Made by a program: the position numbers and the translations under genes. DNA of 63,696 nt from Candidatus Woesearchaeota archaeon (GTDB taxonomy: Archaea > Nanobdellota > Nanobdellia > Woesearchaeales > GW2011-AR4). Positions 49,161 through 59,308 of this stretch are shown here, one piece after another (the first letter of the stretch is position 1; every line of letters starts with the position of its first letter). The stretch lies in NCBI GenBank assembly GCA_018303655.1, contig JAGVXT010000011.1, positions 1 to 63,696 of the forward strand. Direction: 5' to 3'. The notes under the pieces are model-generated. The model was not told the origin of the DNA and searched no databases. It saw nothing but the letters and a program-made list of their open reading frames with translations.

Positions 49161-50006
49161 ATGCCAGCAAAGATTATCGACGGAAAGAAAATTGCTGAAA
49201 AAATTCTCAATGGCCTAAAGTCAAAAATAAAAAGCATGAAGGAGAAGCCTGGGCTGGCCATTGTTTTGGTTGGCGACAATCCCGCTTCTGAAATCTATGT
49301 TTCTTCAAAAGAAAAAACTTTCAAAGAAGTCGAGGGCTATTGCGAAAGGCACAATCTGGATAAGGATGTAAGCGAGATGGACTTGCTTAATTTGGTTACT
49401 AAGCTTAACAACAATCCAAAAGTGCATGGGATTTTGGTTCAACTGCCGTTGCCAAAACACATTAATGAGCATTTGATAACAAATTCTATTTTGCCGCACA
49501 AGGATGTTGACGGGTTTACATCTGTAAACCTTGGGCATTTGATGTCAGGCAATACAATACTTGCGCCTGCAACTGCAAGGGCTGTTTTGAATTTGATTGA
49601 ATCAACCGGCATTGAAATTGAAGGAAAAAACGCTGTTGTTGTCGGAAGAAGCAACATTGTCGGCAAGCCTGTTGCCATTATGCTGCTTGAGAAAAATGCA
49701 ACTGTTGCAGTATGCCACTCAAAGACAAAAAATATTGCAGAGCATACCAAAAAAGCTGACATTCTTGTTGCTGCTGCAGGAAAGCCAAAGCTGATAACAA
49801 GGGAAATGGTGAAGGAAGGCGCTGTTGTGATTGATGTCGGCATCAACCGCGTTAATGGAAAAATTGTCGGAGATGTTGATTTTGAGAATGTTAAGGAAAT
49901 TGCCGGGTACATAACTCCTGTGCCTGGGGGAGTAGGGCCTATAACAATTGCCATGCTGATGGAGAATACTCTGAAGGCGATGGAGCTGGCGAAGAAAGGG
50001 ATATAA
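49161..50006 (+). CDS. folD: Methylenetetrahydrofolate dehydrogenase/cyclohydrolase
   Basis: GILVQLPLP, KDVDG, GRSNIVGKP, TPVPGGVGP. Confidence 0.98.
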   Translation: MPAKIIDGKKIAEKILNGLKSKIKSMKEKPGLAIVLVGDNPASEIYVSSKEKTFKEVEGYCERHNLDKDVSEMDLLNLVTKLNNNPKVHGILVQLPLPKHINEHLITNSILPHKDVDGFTSVNLGHLMSGNTILAPATARAVLNLIESTGIEIEGKNAVVVGRSNIVGKPVAIMLLEKNATVAVCHSKTKNIAEHTKKADILVAAAGKPKLITREMVKEGAVVIDVGINRVNGKIVGDVDFENVKEIAGYITPVPGGVGPITIAMLMENTLKAMELAKKGI

Positions 50007-50046
50007 TTTTGATGTTTTTTGATTATTTTAAACTGATTAATGGAAA

Positions 50047-51402
50047 ATGATTAATGCCGAATTTGTTGTTATAGATACAAAACAAGAAACACCAGATGTA
50101 AAAAGCATCAAGCTTTCTTTTGACAGCAACAAAATTGATTACAAGCCAGGACAATATATGATGGTGGAGCTTGATGTTGATGATCCCGAGAATACACGGC
50201 CATTGCCAATCGCTTCTTCTCCAACAGAAGATTTTTTGTTATTCTCAACTAAAATATCACAAAGCGCTTTCAAGCAAAAATTCAGCAGCTTGGAAATCAA
50301 TGATAAAATAAAACTGAAAGGCCCGATGGGAGTTTTTGTTTTGAAAGAGGATGCAAAAGAGATTATTTTTCTAGGAGGCGGAATCGGGATAACTCCTTTC
50401 AGGGACATGATAAAGTATTCTTGTGACAAAAAACTGCCGATGAAATTGACATTGCTTTACTCCAACAAAACTCCTGATGATATCGTGTACAGGGATGAAT
50501 GGCCTGTTTTTGAAAGAGAAAATAGACAGGAATTAGAAAAAGGAATATTTAAGTTTATAATATTTCCTAAATATAAATATAAAATTGAAAAAGAATTGAA
50601 ACAAAATAGTATACCTGATTCAGAATTAGTCAAGTGGGAAGATTTTTATGAATATTTGGATAAGTGCGATAAAATATTTGATCCTATTGAAAAAAATCTA
50701 ATTGAAGAGTTAAAAGAGATAATGTATTCTTTTGACATTGATTATAAAATTCCAAACATTAATTCACAAACCTTTAAAAAAAAGTTGGAGCAAGGTGTTC
50801 ACTTTTTAAAAAAATTGAAAGATAAAGATAATTCAAAATTATCATTATATAAGTTTGTGAAAAATCCTTCAAATCAGAATTTCAGGATTGAAAGAATAAT
50901 TGAATATGAAATTGTTCCAGTTAAACTTTATCATTCAAAGAGTTATGATTTATATTGTTTTCTTTCAATTGAAGAATCAGACAAACTGACATTCAATATT
51001 GAAATCTATGGTAAAAGTAGGATGCCCAAAATTTCTGTAAAGGATAAATTATTTGAATATGAAAAAGGATCAAAACACTCATTTTTCAGAATCCCCTTGT
51101 TAGATAATTCTACTACCTCTTCAATTCAAAAAGTCCAAAGATTGATGCTTCCTGATATTAAACGTAATTTAAAACAGAACTTTTTTGAGATACTACATAA
51201 ATATTCTAAAGCTATCGAGATGGAGCCAAAGTTTATTGAACAATTTAAAAATATGGTCGTAGTCTTTCAGGACGTAGACCATTATTACAAAAAGGTACAT
51301 AAAGAACCTTTAAGAAAAACGGAAATGAATACGAAACTTCTAAAACCTAATTCTCATCACCTAATAATTAAAATGCTAACTAAAAAATATCAAAATGTTT
51401 AA
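50047..51402 (+). CDS. Chimeric ORF: truncated FNR-like oxidoreductase joined to an unrelated sequence
   Basis: YKPGQY, RPLPIASSP, GGGIGITPF, LLYSN until about 50523; GRI and CGP motifs absent. Confidence 0.7.
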   Translation: MINAEFVVIDTKQETPDVKSIKLSFDSNKIDYKPGQYMMVELDVDDPENTRPLPIASSPTEDFLLFSTKISQSAFKQKFSSLEINDKIKLKGPMGVFVLKEDAKEIIFLGGGIGITPFRDMIKYSCDKKLPMKLTLLYSNKTPDDIVYRDEWPVFERENRQELEKGIFKFIIFPKYKYKIEKELKQNSIPDSELVKWEDFYEYLDKCDKIFDPIEKNLIEELKEIMYSFDIDYKIPNINSQTFKKKLEQGVHFLKKLKDKDNSKLSLYKFVKNPSNQNFRIERIIEYEIVPVKLYHSKSYDLYCFLSIEESDKLTFNIEIYGKSRMPKISVKDKLFEYEKGSKHSFFRIPLLDNSTTSSIQKVQRLMLPDIKRNLKQNFFEILHKYSKAIEMEPKFIEQFKNMVVVFQDVDHYYKKVHKEPLRKTEMNTKLLKPNSHHLIIKMLTKKYQNV

Positions 51403-51991
51403 AACCCTAATCTCAACAATCTATGAAGGCAATGCAACAAATGCAGCTATTATAAAGTTCTCTCCAGACAAAGTTGTAATCATAACTTCCAAGCCCAAAG
51501 ATGAAAAAAAGTCTACCTCAAGAAAATCCATAAAGGATATGAAAGACAAGTATAAAACAATAAAGATTGAGATTGTTGATACTTCGGTATATGAAATCCC
51601 AAAAATAGTTTATGACGTGTGCAAGGTCATTGACAGGGAAAACAAATTAGGGAATGAAGTATTGCTTCATATATCTGAAGGCAGAAAAACCCAGTCTCTT
51701 GGAGTTTTATTTGCGGGTTTTATCAAGAAGGATAAAATTGCTGGAGTGTACTATTTTATTGAAGAAACCAACAAAGCATTGCCCATGCCTCTGCTGGATT
51801 TTAAGCTTTCTCCAACCAAAACATTGATTCTTAAAGAGATTGCTTCTGGAAATAAAAAGGTCGCTAATATTATTAAGAAAACAAAGAAATCAAAAGCCAT
51901 GATTTATGCCCATTTAAACGAATTAAAGAAAGAAGGATACATAACAGAAAATATGGAAATAACTGATGCTGGAAAGATTGCGAGGCTATGA
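51395..51991 (+). CDS. CARF-HTH (Csa3-like) transcriptional regulator
   Basis: TLISTI, LHISEGRKTQSLG CARF motif, C-terminal KSKAMIYAHLNELKKEGYI HTH. Confidence 0.8.
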   Translation: MFKTLISTIYEGNATNAAIIKFSPDKVVIITSKPKDEKKSTSRKSIKDMKDKYKTIKIEIVDTSVYEIPKIVYDVCKVIDRENKLGNEVLLHISEGRKTQSLGVLFAGFIKKDKIAGVYYFIEETNKALPMPLLDFKLSPTKTLILKEIASGNKKVANIIKKTKKSKAMIYAHLNELKKEGYITENMEITDAGKIARL

Positions 51992-52831
51992 ATGGACAAA
52001 GACAACGCACTAGTCGTATTCCAAGGCAAGAAAATCCGAAGAACTTGGCACAATAAAGAGTGGTATTTCTCAATAATTGACATAGTTGCTGCCTTAACAG
52101 ATAGCCCTACCCCTAGGCAGTATTGGGGCAAAGTCAAAGACAGGGAATTTGTAAAGCTTGAGTTGTCCCCAATTTGGGTACAACTGAAATTAACCTCTGC
52201 GGATGGCAAGATGTATGATACTGATTGTGCTAATACAGAGTCTATGTTTAGGATTATTCAGTCTATTCCTTCCAAAAAAGCTGAACCGTTTAAGCGTTGG
52301 CTTGCAAAAGTAGGTTACGAAAGAGTGCAAGAGATAGAAAACCCAGAACTTGCTCAGAAGCGTATGAAGGAAATCTACAAGCAGAAGGGCTATTCTGATG
52401 ATTGGATAGAAAAAAGAGTAAGAGGAATAGCTATAAGGGAAGAGCTTACCGATGAATGGAATAAAAGAGACGTTAAAACAGAACGAGAGTATTCAATTTT
52501 AACTGCTGAAATCTCAAAAGCCACCTTTGGTATGACTCCAAGCGAATACAAGAAGTTCAAAGGATTGAAAAAGGAGAACTTACGCGACCATATGAATGAT
52601 TTAGAGCTTATATTTACAATGCTTGGTGAAGCATCCACTACAAGAATTGCAAAAGATAAAGATGCTCAAGGATTTATCGAAAACAAGGAAGCGGCAAAGA
52701 AAGGCGGAAAGGTTGCTGGTGTAGCAAGGAAAGAACTTGAACAGCAAAGCATCAGAAAGGTATCCACTCCAGAAAACTATCTTTCTGAACCAGAAAAGAA
52801 GAAAAAACTGGAAGATAAGAGTAAAAAGTAG
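51992..52831 (+). CDS. Bro-N domain (phage antirepressor-like) protein
   Basis: KKIRRTWH.KEWYFSIIDIV, IQSIPSKKAEPFKRWLA, NLRDHM. Confidence 0.9.
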   Translation: MDKDNALVVFQGKKIRRTWHNKEWYFSIIDIVAALTDSPTPRQYWGKVKDREFVKLELSPIWVQLKLTSADGKMYDTDCANTESMFRIIQSIPSKKAEPFKRWLAKVGYERVQEIENPELAQKRMKEIYKQKGYSDDWIEKRVRGIAIREELTDEWNKRDVKTEREYSILTAEISKATFGMTPSEYKKFKGLKKENLRDHMNDLELIFTMLGEASTTRIAKDKDAQGFIENKEAAKKGGKVAGVARKELEQQSIRKVSTPENYLSEPEKKKKLEDKSKK

Positions 52832-52928
52832 GAACCCCCCATCGTTAGTTTCGTTCGTCATAGAAATGTCCTCCTATCAGTCGTTTAGCCACTAAAAATT
52901 ATTGAACTTAACAAGAATTAAACCCTTG

Positions 52929-53148
52929 CTTTTTCCCAGAAAAAAATCTCCGTGGCGTTCTGCGAGACAAAAATTTCAAGGATTAAGCAATAAGACATCA
53001 AAATCCGCAGAAATTTTTGGTGAGTAGGACAAGCTTTTCGACTTTATAGTTTAGTTGTGTAAGGAGAAAAGTTGTCCGTCGAACCGCCAAGGAGGAGATT
53101 TTTTTTGAATCATGCTAATGATGGAAAAAGTGCGTGTGCATAGCACAC
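52929..53148. ncRNA. Candidate structured RNA or non-autonomous element
   Basis: Four nested inverted-repeat stems in a 450-nt ORF-free spacer. Confidence 0.45.
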
Positions 53149-53286
53149 CCAGGAAAATTGAAATGTTCTTGCCTAACACATTTTAGGCGAAGTTTGCCTC
53201 TTGCAATAATTTATTTTCAATATAGAAAACATCCCAAACTTCATTAACCAATAGCTTTAAATACCACTATTTATTGCATTTTCTAA

Positions 53287-53907
53287 TTGTGGGGGAGAAT
53301 GTTAAGGATTGGTGTTTTAGCATCGACAAAAGCAACAGACATGCAGGCTGTAATTGATGCTATAAACGACAATAAGCTAAATGCCTCTATTTCTGTTGTT
53401 GTGAGCAACAAAAAGGATGCTTTTGCTTTGGAAAGGGCAAAAAACCATAAAATAAAATCGGTTTTCATCGATTCAAAAGGCAAGAACAGGGAGCAGTATG
53501 ATAAGGAAATTGCAAAAGTTCTTGAGCAAAACAAAGTTGAATTAATTTTATTAATTGGTTACATGAGATTCTTAAGCCCGTGGTTTGTCAGCAAGTACAA
53601 AAACAGGATAATGAACATACACCCAAGCTTACTGCCGAAGTATGCAGGAGGCATGGACGAGGATGTTCATGCAGAAGTTTTAAAAAACAGGGAAAAAGTG
53701 ACAGGAGCAACTTTGCATTTTGTTGATGAAGGCGCTGATACGGGCCCTGTAATAATGCAAAAAAGAGTAAATATTGAAGAAAATGAAGCTGTAGATTCGC
53801 TTAAAGAAAAAGTCCAGAAGGCAGAGCAGGAAATAATTGTAAAGGCAGTTGATTTATACAGCAAGGGAAAGATAAAAGTCAAGGGCAACAAGGTGGTAAT
53901 TGGATAG
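53287..53907 (+). CDS. purN: Phosphoribosylglycinamide formyltransferase
   Basis: NIHPSLLP, TGATLHFVDEGADTGPVI. Confidence 0.95.
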   Translation: MWGRMLRIGVLASTKATDMQAVIDAINDNKLNASISVVVSNKKDAFALERAKNHKIKSVFIDSKGKNREQYDKEIAKVLEQNKVELILLIGYMRFLSPWFVSKYKNRIMNIHPSLLPKYAGGMDEDVHAEVLKNREKVTGATLHFVDEGADTGPVIMQKRVNIEENEAVDSLKEKVQKAEQEIIVKAVDLYSKGKIKVKGNKVVIG

Positions 53908-53910
53908 ATA

Positions 53911-54076
53911 GGCGAGGCGTCACGATATTATCGAAAACCAAAGGTTTTCGGGAATGCTCGAAATCTTCGATTTCGACATGGCAAGAAAGTGACGCCGAGC
54001 ACAGTGAGCTGAGCGAGCGAGAGAGTTGAACGCGAGCTCGCGTTCTCGCGAGCAGGTTGAGCTCTCGCATTCGACT
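53911..54076. repeat. Compound palindromic element joining family B hairpins and the family A end
   Basis: GGCGTCAC/GTGACGCC enclosing CGAAAACCAAAGGTTTTCG and CGAAATCTTCGATTTCG, then GCGAGCTCGCG and CTCGCATTCGACT. Confidence 0.85.
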
Positions 54077-54458
54077 ATTTGCAGAGCAGATTACAGAGCA
54101 AAAAATTATCTGGTGGAAGGACAGGAAGCTTTTGGCAGGGGTGATTTTGGTAGTATCAAGCTTTATCCTTGGGTTTTATGGAAAGGTTTTGTTTATTACA
54201 AAATTCTACGAACCTATTTACCTCATTACTAGTTTGTCTATATGGGCTTTCAGCTTTATTTTGCTTTTTGCCGGTGTTTTTTTGGTTGGCTGGGAAACAG
54301 TAAGGATGATTCAATATAGTATACACAATCATGTTAGAAGAACTGTAAAGGATACCTACCAGTATACAAAAGGCCTGCCGAAAAAAGGCTATAGCTATAC
54401 AAAGGAATTGCACAAAAAGAGCATGGCTAAGATAAAAAAATCAATGGCAAAAAAATGA
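54057..54458 (+). CDS. Two-TM hypothetical protein (start uncertain, overlaps the repeat)
   Basis: Hydrophobic pair; 4-nt overlap with purH. Confidence 0.65.
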   Translation: MSSRIRLFAEQITEQKIIWWKDRKLLAGVILVVSSFILGFYGKVLFITKFYEPIYLITSLSIWAFSFILLFAGVFLVGWETVRMIQYSIHNHVRRTVKDTYQYTKGLPKKGYSYTKELHKKSMAKIKKSMAKK

Positions 54459-55984
54459 TTAAGACAGCATTGATATCAGTTTCAGACAAGGAAGGGGTTG
54501 TTGATTTTGCAAAACAGCTTTCTAAGCTAAAAATAAAAATAATCTCGACAGGCAAAACAGCAAAACTGCTGAAGCAAAACCAAATCAAAACTATATTGGT
54601 TTCTGAAATCACTAAATTTCCGGAAATGCTGGACGGCAGGCTCAAATCATTGCATCCGAACATTTTTGCAGGAATACTTGCAGACAGGGGAAACAGGAGG
54701 CACATGAATGAATTAAAAAAATTAAGAATTAATCCAATAGACATGGTTGTTGTCAATTTCTACCCTTTTGAAGAAACAATCAGGCATGGAAAAATAAATG
54801 AAATAATAGAAAACATTGACATTGGCGGGCCTTCTTTAGTAAAAGCAGCTGCAAAAAACCACAAGGATGTTGTTGTTGTGGTTGACAGGAATGATTATCC
54901 TTTAATCATTGAAAAAATAAGGCATAAAAAAATTGACAATGCGGAAAAGGCAAGGCTTGCTGCAAAGGCATTCCTGCAGACTGCAAGGTATGAAACAATA
55001 GTAGGGAGGTATTTTGCGGAAAACTTTATTGATGAGATGTTTCCAGGAGTATACAATTTCACATTCAAAAAGATACAGGACCTGAGGTATGGTGAAAATC
55101 CCCACCAGAAGGCTGCTTTTTACAAGTCATACTGGATAAATGAGACATGCATCAGCACGGCAAAGCAGCTGCATGGAAAAGAATTATCTTACAACAACAT
55201 TTTAGATGCAAATGACGCCTTTGAGCTTGTGAAGGATTTTAAAGAGCCGACAGCAGCTGTCATAAAGCACACAAACCCAAGTGGTGCTGCAACAGCGTCA
55301 AAAATCGGCGAAGCGTACAAAAAAGCATATGAAACAGATACTACATCAGCATTCGGAAGCGTTGTTGCATTAAACAGATCATGCAATATTGAAATTGCAA
55401 AAATGATGAAGCCATTGTTTGTCGAAGTTGTCATATGCCCAAAATTCGAGAAAGATTCATTGAAAATTTTGAAAGAGAAGAAGAATTTAAGGCTGCTTGA
55501 AACAGGCCCAATAATCAAGGACTACAGAAGCCTTGACATGAGAAGAGTTGTAGGAGGCTTGCTTGTGCAGACAAGGCAGTATCCTGACTTAAGCCAAAAA
55601 AACCTTAAAGTTGTGACAAAAAGAAAGCCGACAAGAGAGGAAATCAAGGATCTGATGTTTGCATGGAAGGTCAACAAGCACGTCAAGTCCAATTCAATTG
55701 TTTTGGCAAAAGGCAATGTGACTGTTGGAATCGGAGCTGGCCAGATGTCAAGAGTTGATGCTGCAAAGCTCGCTGTCATGAAGTCAGAAGGCAAAAGCAA
55801 TGGCTCTGTTATGAGTTCCGATGCCTTCTTCCCATTCAGAGATGGTGTTGACGAGGCTGCAAAGGCAGGAGTCACAGCAATAATCCAGCCAGGCGGCTCA
55901 ATAAGGGATGAAGAGGTAATTCAGGCAGCGAATGATCACAACATTGCTATGGTTTTCACCGGCATAAGGCTGTTCAGGCACTAG
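54455..55984 (+). CDS. purH: Bifunctional AICAR transformylase/IMP cyclohydrolase
   Basis: ALISVSDK, IDIGGP, LRYGENPHQ, SDAFFPF, IIQPGGS. Confidence 0.98.
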   Translation: MIKTALISVSDKEGVVDFAKQLSKLKIKIISTGKTAKLLKQNQIKTILVSEITKFPEMLDGRLKSLHPNIFAGILADRGNRRHMNELKKLRINPIDMVVVNFYPFEETIRHGKINEIIENIDIGGPSLVKAAAKNHKDVVVVVDRNDYPLIIEKIRHKKIDNAEKARLAAKAFLQTARYETIVGRYFAENFIDEMFPGVYNFTFKKIQDLRYGENPHQKAAFYKSYWINETCISTAKQLHGKELSYNNILDANDAFELVKDFKEPTAAVIKHTNPSGAATASKIGEAYKKAYETDTTSAFGSVVALNRSCNIEIAKMMKPLFVEVVICPKFEKDSLKILKEKKNLRLLETGPIIKDYRSLDMRRVVGGLLVQTRQYPDLSQKNLKVVTKRKPTREEIKDLMFAWKVNKHVKSNSIVLAKGNVTVGIGAGQMSRVDAAKLAVMKSEGKSNGSVMSSDAFFPFRDGVDEAAKAGVTAIIQPGGSIRDEEVIQAANDHNIAMVFTGIRLFRH

Positions 55985-56015
55985 ATTTTTAAACTGCAAT
56001 ATTTCTTAAACAAAA

Positions 56016-56966
56016 ATGCCATTGGAAAATTTTATTGTAATTTATGTCAATTCATTGTTTGAATTAGCCAGGGATTTATGGCTTTATTTTTTACTAGGTT
56101 TAATTATTTCAGCCCTGATACAGGAATTTGTATCAACAAAAAAACTTTTAAAATATTTTGGCGGGAATGACATTGGCTCTTTGCTAAGGGCGACAACAGC
56201 AGGATTATTTGTTTCTGTCTGCTCCTGCGGAGCAATACCGATTGCAGCAACTTTAAGGCAAAGGGGAGCATCAACTGCTTCTGCATTGACATTTCTATTA
56301 GCTGCGCCATGGGGCGGCTTGCTGCATGTGCTTTTGATTTCCGGGTTTATAGGTATTAAAAATACAGTAATACTTTTGATTTTTTCCTTATTGACTGCAT
56401 TTATTGCCGGTCTGATATTGGCAAAACTTGAAAATAAGAATTTGATAGAAATCGGAATCCCGAAAAAACACAAAAAAGGTGAAAAGCACATTTGCGTTGA
56501 ATGCGTTGATGTTGAAAAAATGAGGATGATTCATGAAAAGGAAAGATTTGAAAAAAGAATCGTCTATTGCGTGCCAAAAAACATGCGGCAGATTTTCAGG
56601 GAAGTTGGAAAATACATCGTAATAGGCTTGCTGATTGCAGCCGCATTGAAGGCATTTGCCCCATCTGAGCTTGTTGTTAAATATTTAGGCAATGGCGGCA
56701 AATTTCTGCCTGTGCTGATTGCAGTTCCCATAAGCGCGGTATTAGAGCTTGCATCAGAGGGATTGGCTGTTTTGGGCGGGCAGCTTTATCAATTAGGAGC
56801 GTCTCTCGGAGTTGTTTTTGTAATATTGATGGTTGGAGTTGCAACAGACATAACAGAGCTTTCAATGATATGGGGAAAATTCGGAAAGAGAAGCTCAATT
56901 GCTTACCTGTTGACTGCAACTGCAATTGCAATACTGTTTGCCTTGATGATTAATTTGGTTTTTTAA
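56016..56966 (+). CDS. Predicted permease (DUF318/ArsP-like)
   Basis: SVCSCGAIPIA, FLLAAP, His/Cys-containing central loop. Confidence 0.8.
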   Translation: MPLENFIVIYVNSLFELARDLWLYFLLGLIISALIQEFVSTKKLLKYFGGNDIGSLLRATTAGLFVSVCSCGAIPIAATLRQRGASTASALTFLLAAPWGGLLHVLLISGFIGIKNTVILLIFSLLTAFIAGLILAKLENKNLIEIGIPKKHKKGEKHICVECVDVEKMRMIHEKERFEKRIVYCVPKNMRQIFREVGKYIVIGLLIAAALKAFAPSELVVKYLGNGGKFLPVLIAVPISAVLELASEGLAVLGGQLYQLGASLGVVFVILMVGVATDITELSMIWGKFGKRSSIAYLLTATAIAILFALMINLVF

Positions 56967-56967
56967 A

Positions 56968-57867
56968 ATGAACAATTGGGTTTATTTTGTGCTGATATCA
57001 CAGGGAATATGGTCAGTTACTTCTGTGATAGACAAAATTGTCATTTCAAGAGGCTACATAAAAAATCCACTTGTGTATATTGTACTGAACGGATTGACGA
57101 ATGTATTGTTATTATTTTTATTGCCTTTTGTAAGCTTTGAGCCGTTAAATCTTTTTGATTTTGGCGTATTATTGCTCTCTGGTGCCATGTTTACCGCATC
57201 TGTAATTCTTTACTACAGGGCAGTTCAGTATGAAGAGATATCGAGGGTTGCCATGCTGTTCCAGCTCGCCCCTGTTTTTGTATTAATACTCTCGTACTTT
57301 GTATTGGGGGAAAAATTAACCCAAAACCATTTTATCGGCTTTTTGCTCCTGCTAAGCGCCGGAATAATCGTTTCCTACAAAAAAATCGGGGCAAAGCTGA
57401 GCAGGGCATTTTACTATATGCTGGCTTCAGCAGTTTTTGCCGCTGTTTCATTCATTGCTGCAAAGCACATTTTCAATGCTACGGGCTTCTGGAGCGCATT
57501 TTTGTGGCTTAGGCTGAGCGGATTTACTTCCTTATTTGTTTTGCTTTCGCCTTCAACAAGAAGCCAGTTTGCTGGAACATTCAAAAAAATGAAAAATAAG
57601 GCAAAAGGCCTGCTGGGATTTAAGATGGTGATTGATTTTTCCTCTTTTATATTTGCCGGACTGGCAATGGTTTATGCGCCTGCAATAGCTTTGATAAGCG
57701 CATTGGCAAGCTCTGCGCTTCCCTTATTTGTTTTTATTTTGACTTTAGTTACATCATTTTACTTTCCAAAACTGGTAAAGGAAGAAATCAATAAAAAAAC
57801 CATGTTAGCAAAGATTTTGGCCATAGCCTTGATAATAATAGGCATTGTTTTCATCAATTTACGATAA
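56968..57867 (+). CDS. EamA/DMT family transporter
   Basis: About ten TMs, PVFVLILSYFVLGEKL. Confidence 0.85.
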   Translation: MNNWVYFVLISQGIWSVTSVIDKIVISRGYIKNPLVYIVLNGLTNVLLLFLLPFVSFEPLNLFDFGVLLLSGAMFTASVILYYRAVQYEEISRVAMLFQLAPVFVLILSYFVLGEKLTQNHFIGFLLLLSAGIIVSYKKIGAKLSRAFYYMLASAVFAAVSFIAAKHIFNATGFWSAFLWLRLSGFTSLFVLLSPSTRSQFAGTFKKMKNKAKGLLGFKMVIDFSSFIFAGLAMVYAPAIALISALASSALPLFVFILTLVTSFYFPKLVKEEINKKTMLAKILAIALIIIGIVFINLR

Positions 57868-57953
57868 TTTAATAATAAATATTAAATATAGATTAAAAAT
57901 TCACTCAAAACCATAACTTTTATATATATCTTAACAATTGTTAATTAAGCAAA

Positions 57954-58241
57954 ATGGCAGATGAAACACAGGCTGTGCAGGAAAGCTCCAAGAAGTACAA
58001 GATAGAGCATGACAGGCCAAACTGCATAGGCTGCGCTGCATGCGCTGCTGTTGCCCCTGACTTCTGGACAATGGACGAAGATGGCAAATCAGATATAGTT
58101 GGGTGCAAAAAAAGAGACGATGAGTGGGAAGAGCTGGACATTGAGGAAAAACACTACAAGGAAAACCGGGAAGCTGCTGACTCATGCCCCGTCAATGTGA
58201 TTCATATTGTCAATAAGGAAACCGGAGAGAAAATAATTTAA
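57954..58241 (+). CDS. Monocluster ferredoxin
   Basis: CIGCAACAAVAP ... AADSCPVNVI. Confidence 0.9.
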   Translation: MADETQAVQESSKKYKIEHDRPNCIGCAACAAVAPDFWTMDEDGKSDIVGCKKRDDEWEELDIEEKHYKENREAADSCPVNVIHIVNKETGEKII

Positions 58242-58264
58242 ACTGCTAATTTCTTGATTATTAA

Positions 58265-58468
58265 ATGGACAAATGCCCCAAGTGCGGCTCCAAAAATATT
58301 AAGAATTACAATTATTTAGGAATAACTACAATTAAATGCGGCAACTGCGGCTTTGATGAAAGCTCTGTCTATGCGGTGTTTCCGGAGCAGAAGGCAAGCC
58401 AGAAGGCAAAGGGAAGCTATGCAGTTTACAAAAAAGGCGGAAGCAGGAGAACTGCAAAGAAAAAATAA
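58265..58468 (+). CDS. Small zinc-ribbon protein
   Basis: CPKCGS ... CGNCG with a basic tail. Confidence 0.75.
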   Translation: MDKCPKCGSKNIKNYNYLGITTIKCGNCGFDESSVYAVFPEQKASQKAKGSYAVYKKGGSRRTAKKK

Positions 58469-58478
58469 AAGGTGATTT

Positions 58479-59303
58479 TTGTTGGAAATCAAATCTTTAG
58501 TTAATAAATTTATAATTTATTATTACATGATTATTTTTCTTGTAATTCTGCATTTAACCAGCGCATTTTTCTATGGTTTTGGATTTAAAGCTTTGGTGCC
58601 TGTGGTATTGGCAGTCATTACAACAACAATTTTGGATTTATTTATTGTATATTTTAAATTTAAAAAATGGAAATTTCCGCAAAGCGCTTTGATATCTGGT
58701 TTATTTATAGGAGGCTTATTGACGCAAAATCTCCAATGGTATATTTATGTTTTGGCCGGGATAATTGCAGTTTCATCAAAACATCTGATAAAAATAAGCC
58801 AAAAGCAAATCTTCAATCCCGCAAATCTTGGAGTTTTGCTTGTTTCAGTTATCCCTGGCGCTTCCCACACCTGGTGGATTTCGTCTCCTTTAATTTTGGT
58901 CCTGATTTTCGGCATTTTCATGGTGTGGGGATTAAGAAGGTTTGACTTAGCATTGAGTTTTTTAGTTAGTTATTATTTAATCAATTCAATTATTGAATTG
59001 TCAAGGGGAAGCGGTTTTAATGAAATTTTTTACACAATCCTCAACGGAGGAGTCATATATTTCTTCTCAATGTTCATGCTGATAGAGCCAAGGACAAATC
59101 CAAGCCAAAGAAAGCAAAGAATCATTTATGGAATGTTAGTAGCTGTATTGTTTATATTGTTCCATTTCTTTATTCCGCAGCACGACATTGTTCTGGCACT
59201 GGCAATTGGAAATGTTTTTGTGCCGGTATTGAATAAACTAGATTTCAAGAAAAAAGAGAAAAAACCGAGCATAAGCGAAACCATAAAAGTGGAGAATTAT
59301 TAG
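58479..59303 (+). CDS. Short RnfD/NqrB-like membrane protein
   Basis: SALISGL, SKHLI, IFNPANLG, FMLIEPRTNP. Confidence 0.75.
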   Translation: MLEIKSLVNKFIIYYYMIIFLVILHLTSAFFYGFGFKALVPVVLAVITTTILDLFIVYFKFKKWKFPQSALISGLFIGGLLTQNLQWYIYVLAGIIAVSSKHLIKISQKQIFNPANLGVLLVSVIPGASHTWWISSPLILVLIFGIFMVWGLRRFDLALSFLVSYYLINSIIELSRGSGFNEIFYTILNGGVIYFFSMFMLIEPRTNPSQRKQRIIYGMLVAVLFILFHFFIPQHDIVLALAIGNVFVPVLNKLDFKKKEKKPSISETIKVENY

Positions 59304-59308
59304 AATAA

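Noticed and set aside
52929-53286. ZTP or THF riboswitch ahead of purN-purH
   Set aside because: I could not find the conserved sequence motifs of these riboswitches; kept only as an unidentified structure
51395-54076. CRISPR array near the Csa3-like gene
   Set aside because: No regularly spaced direct repeats with unique spacers; the repeats are nested palindromes
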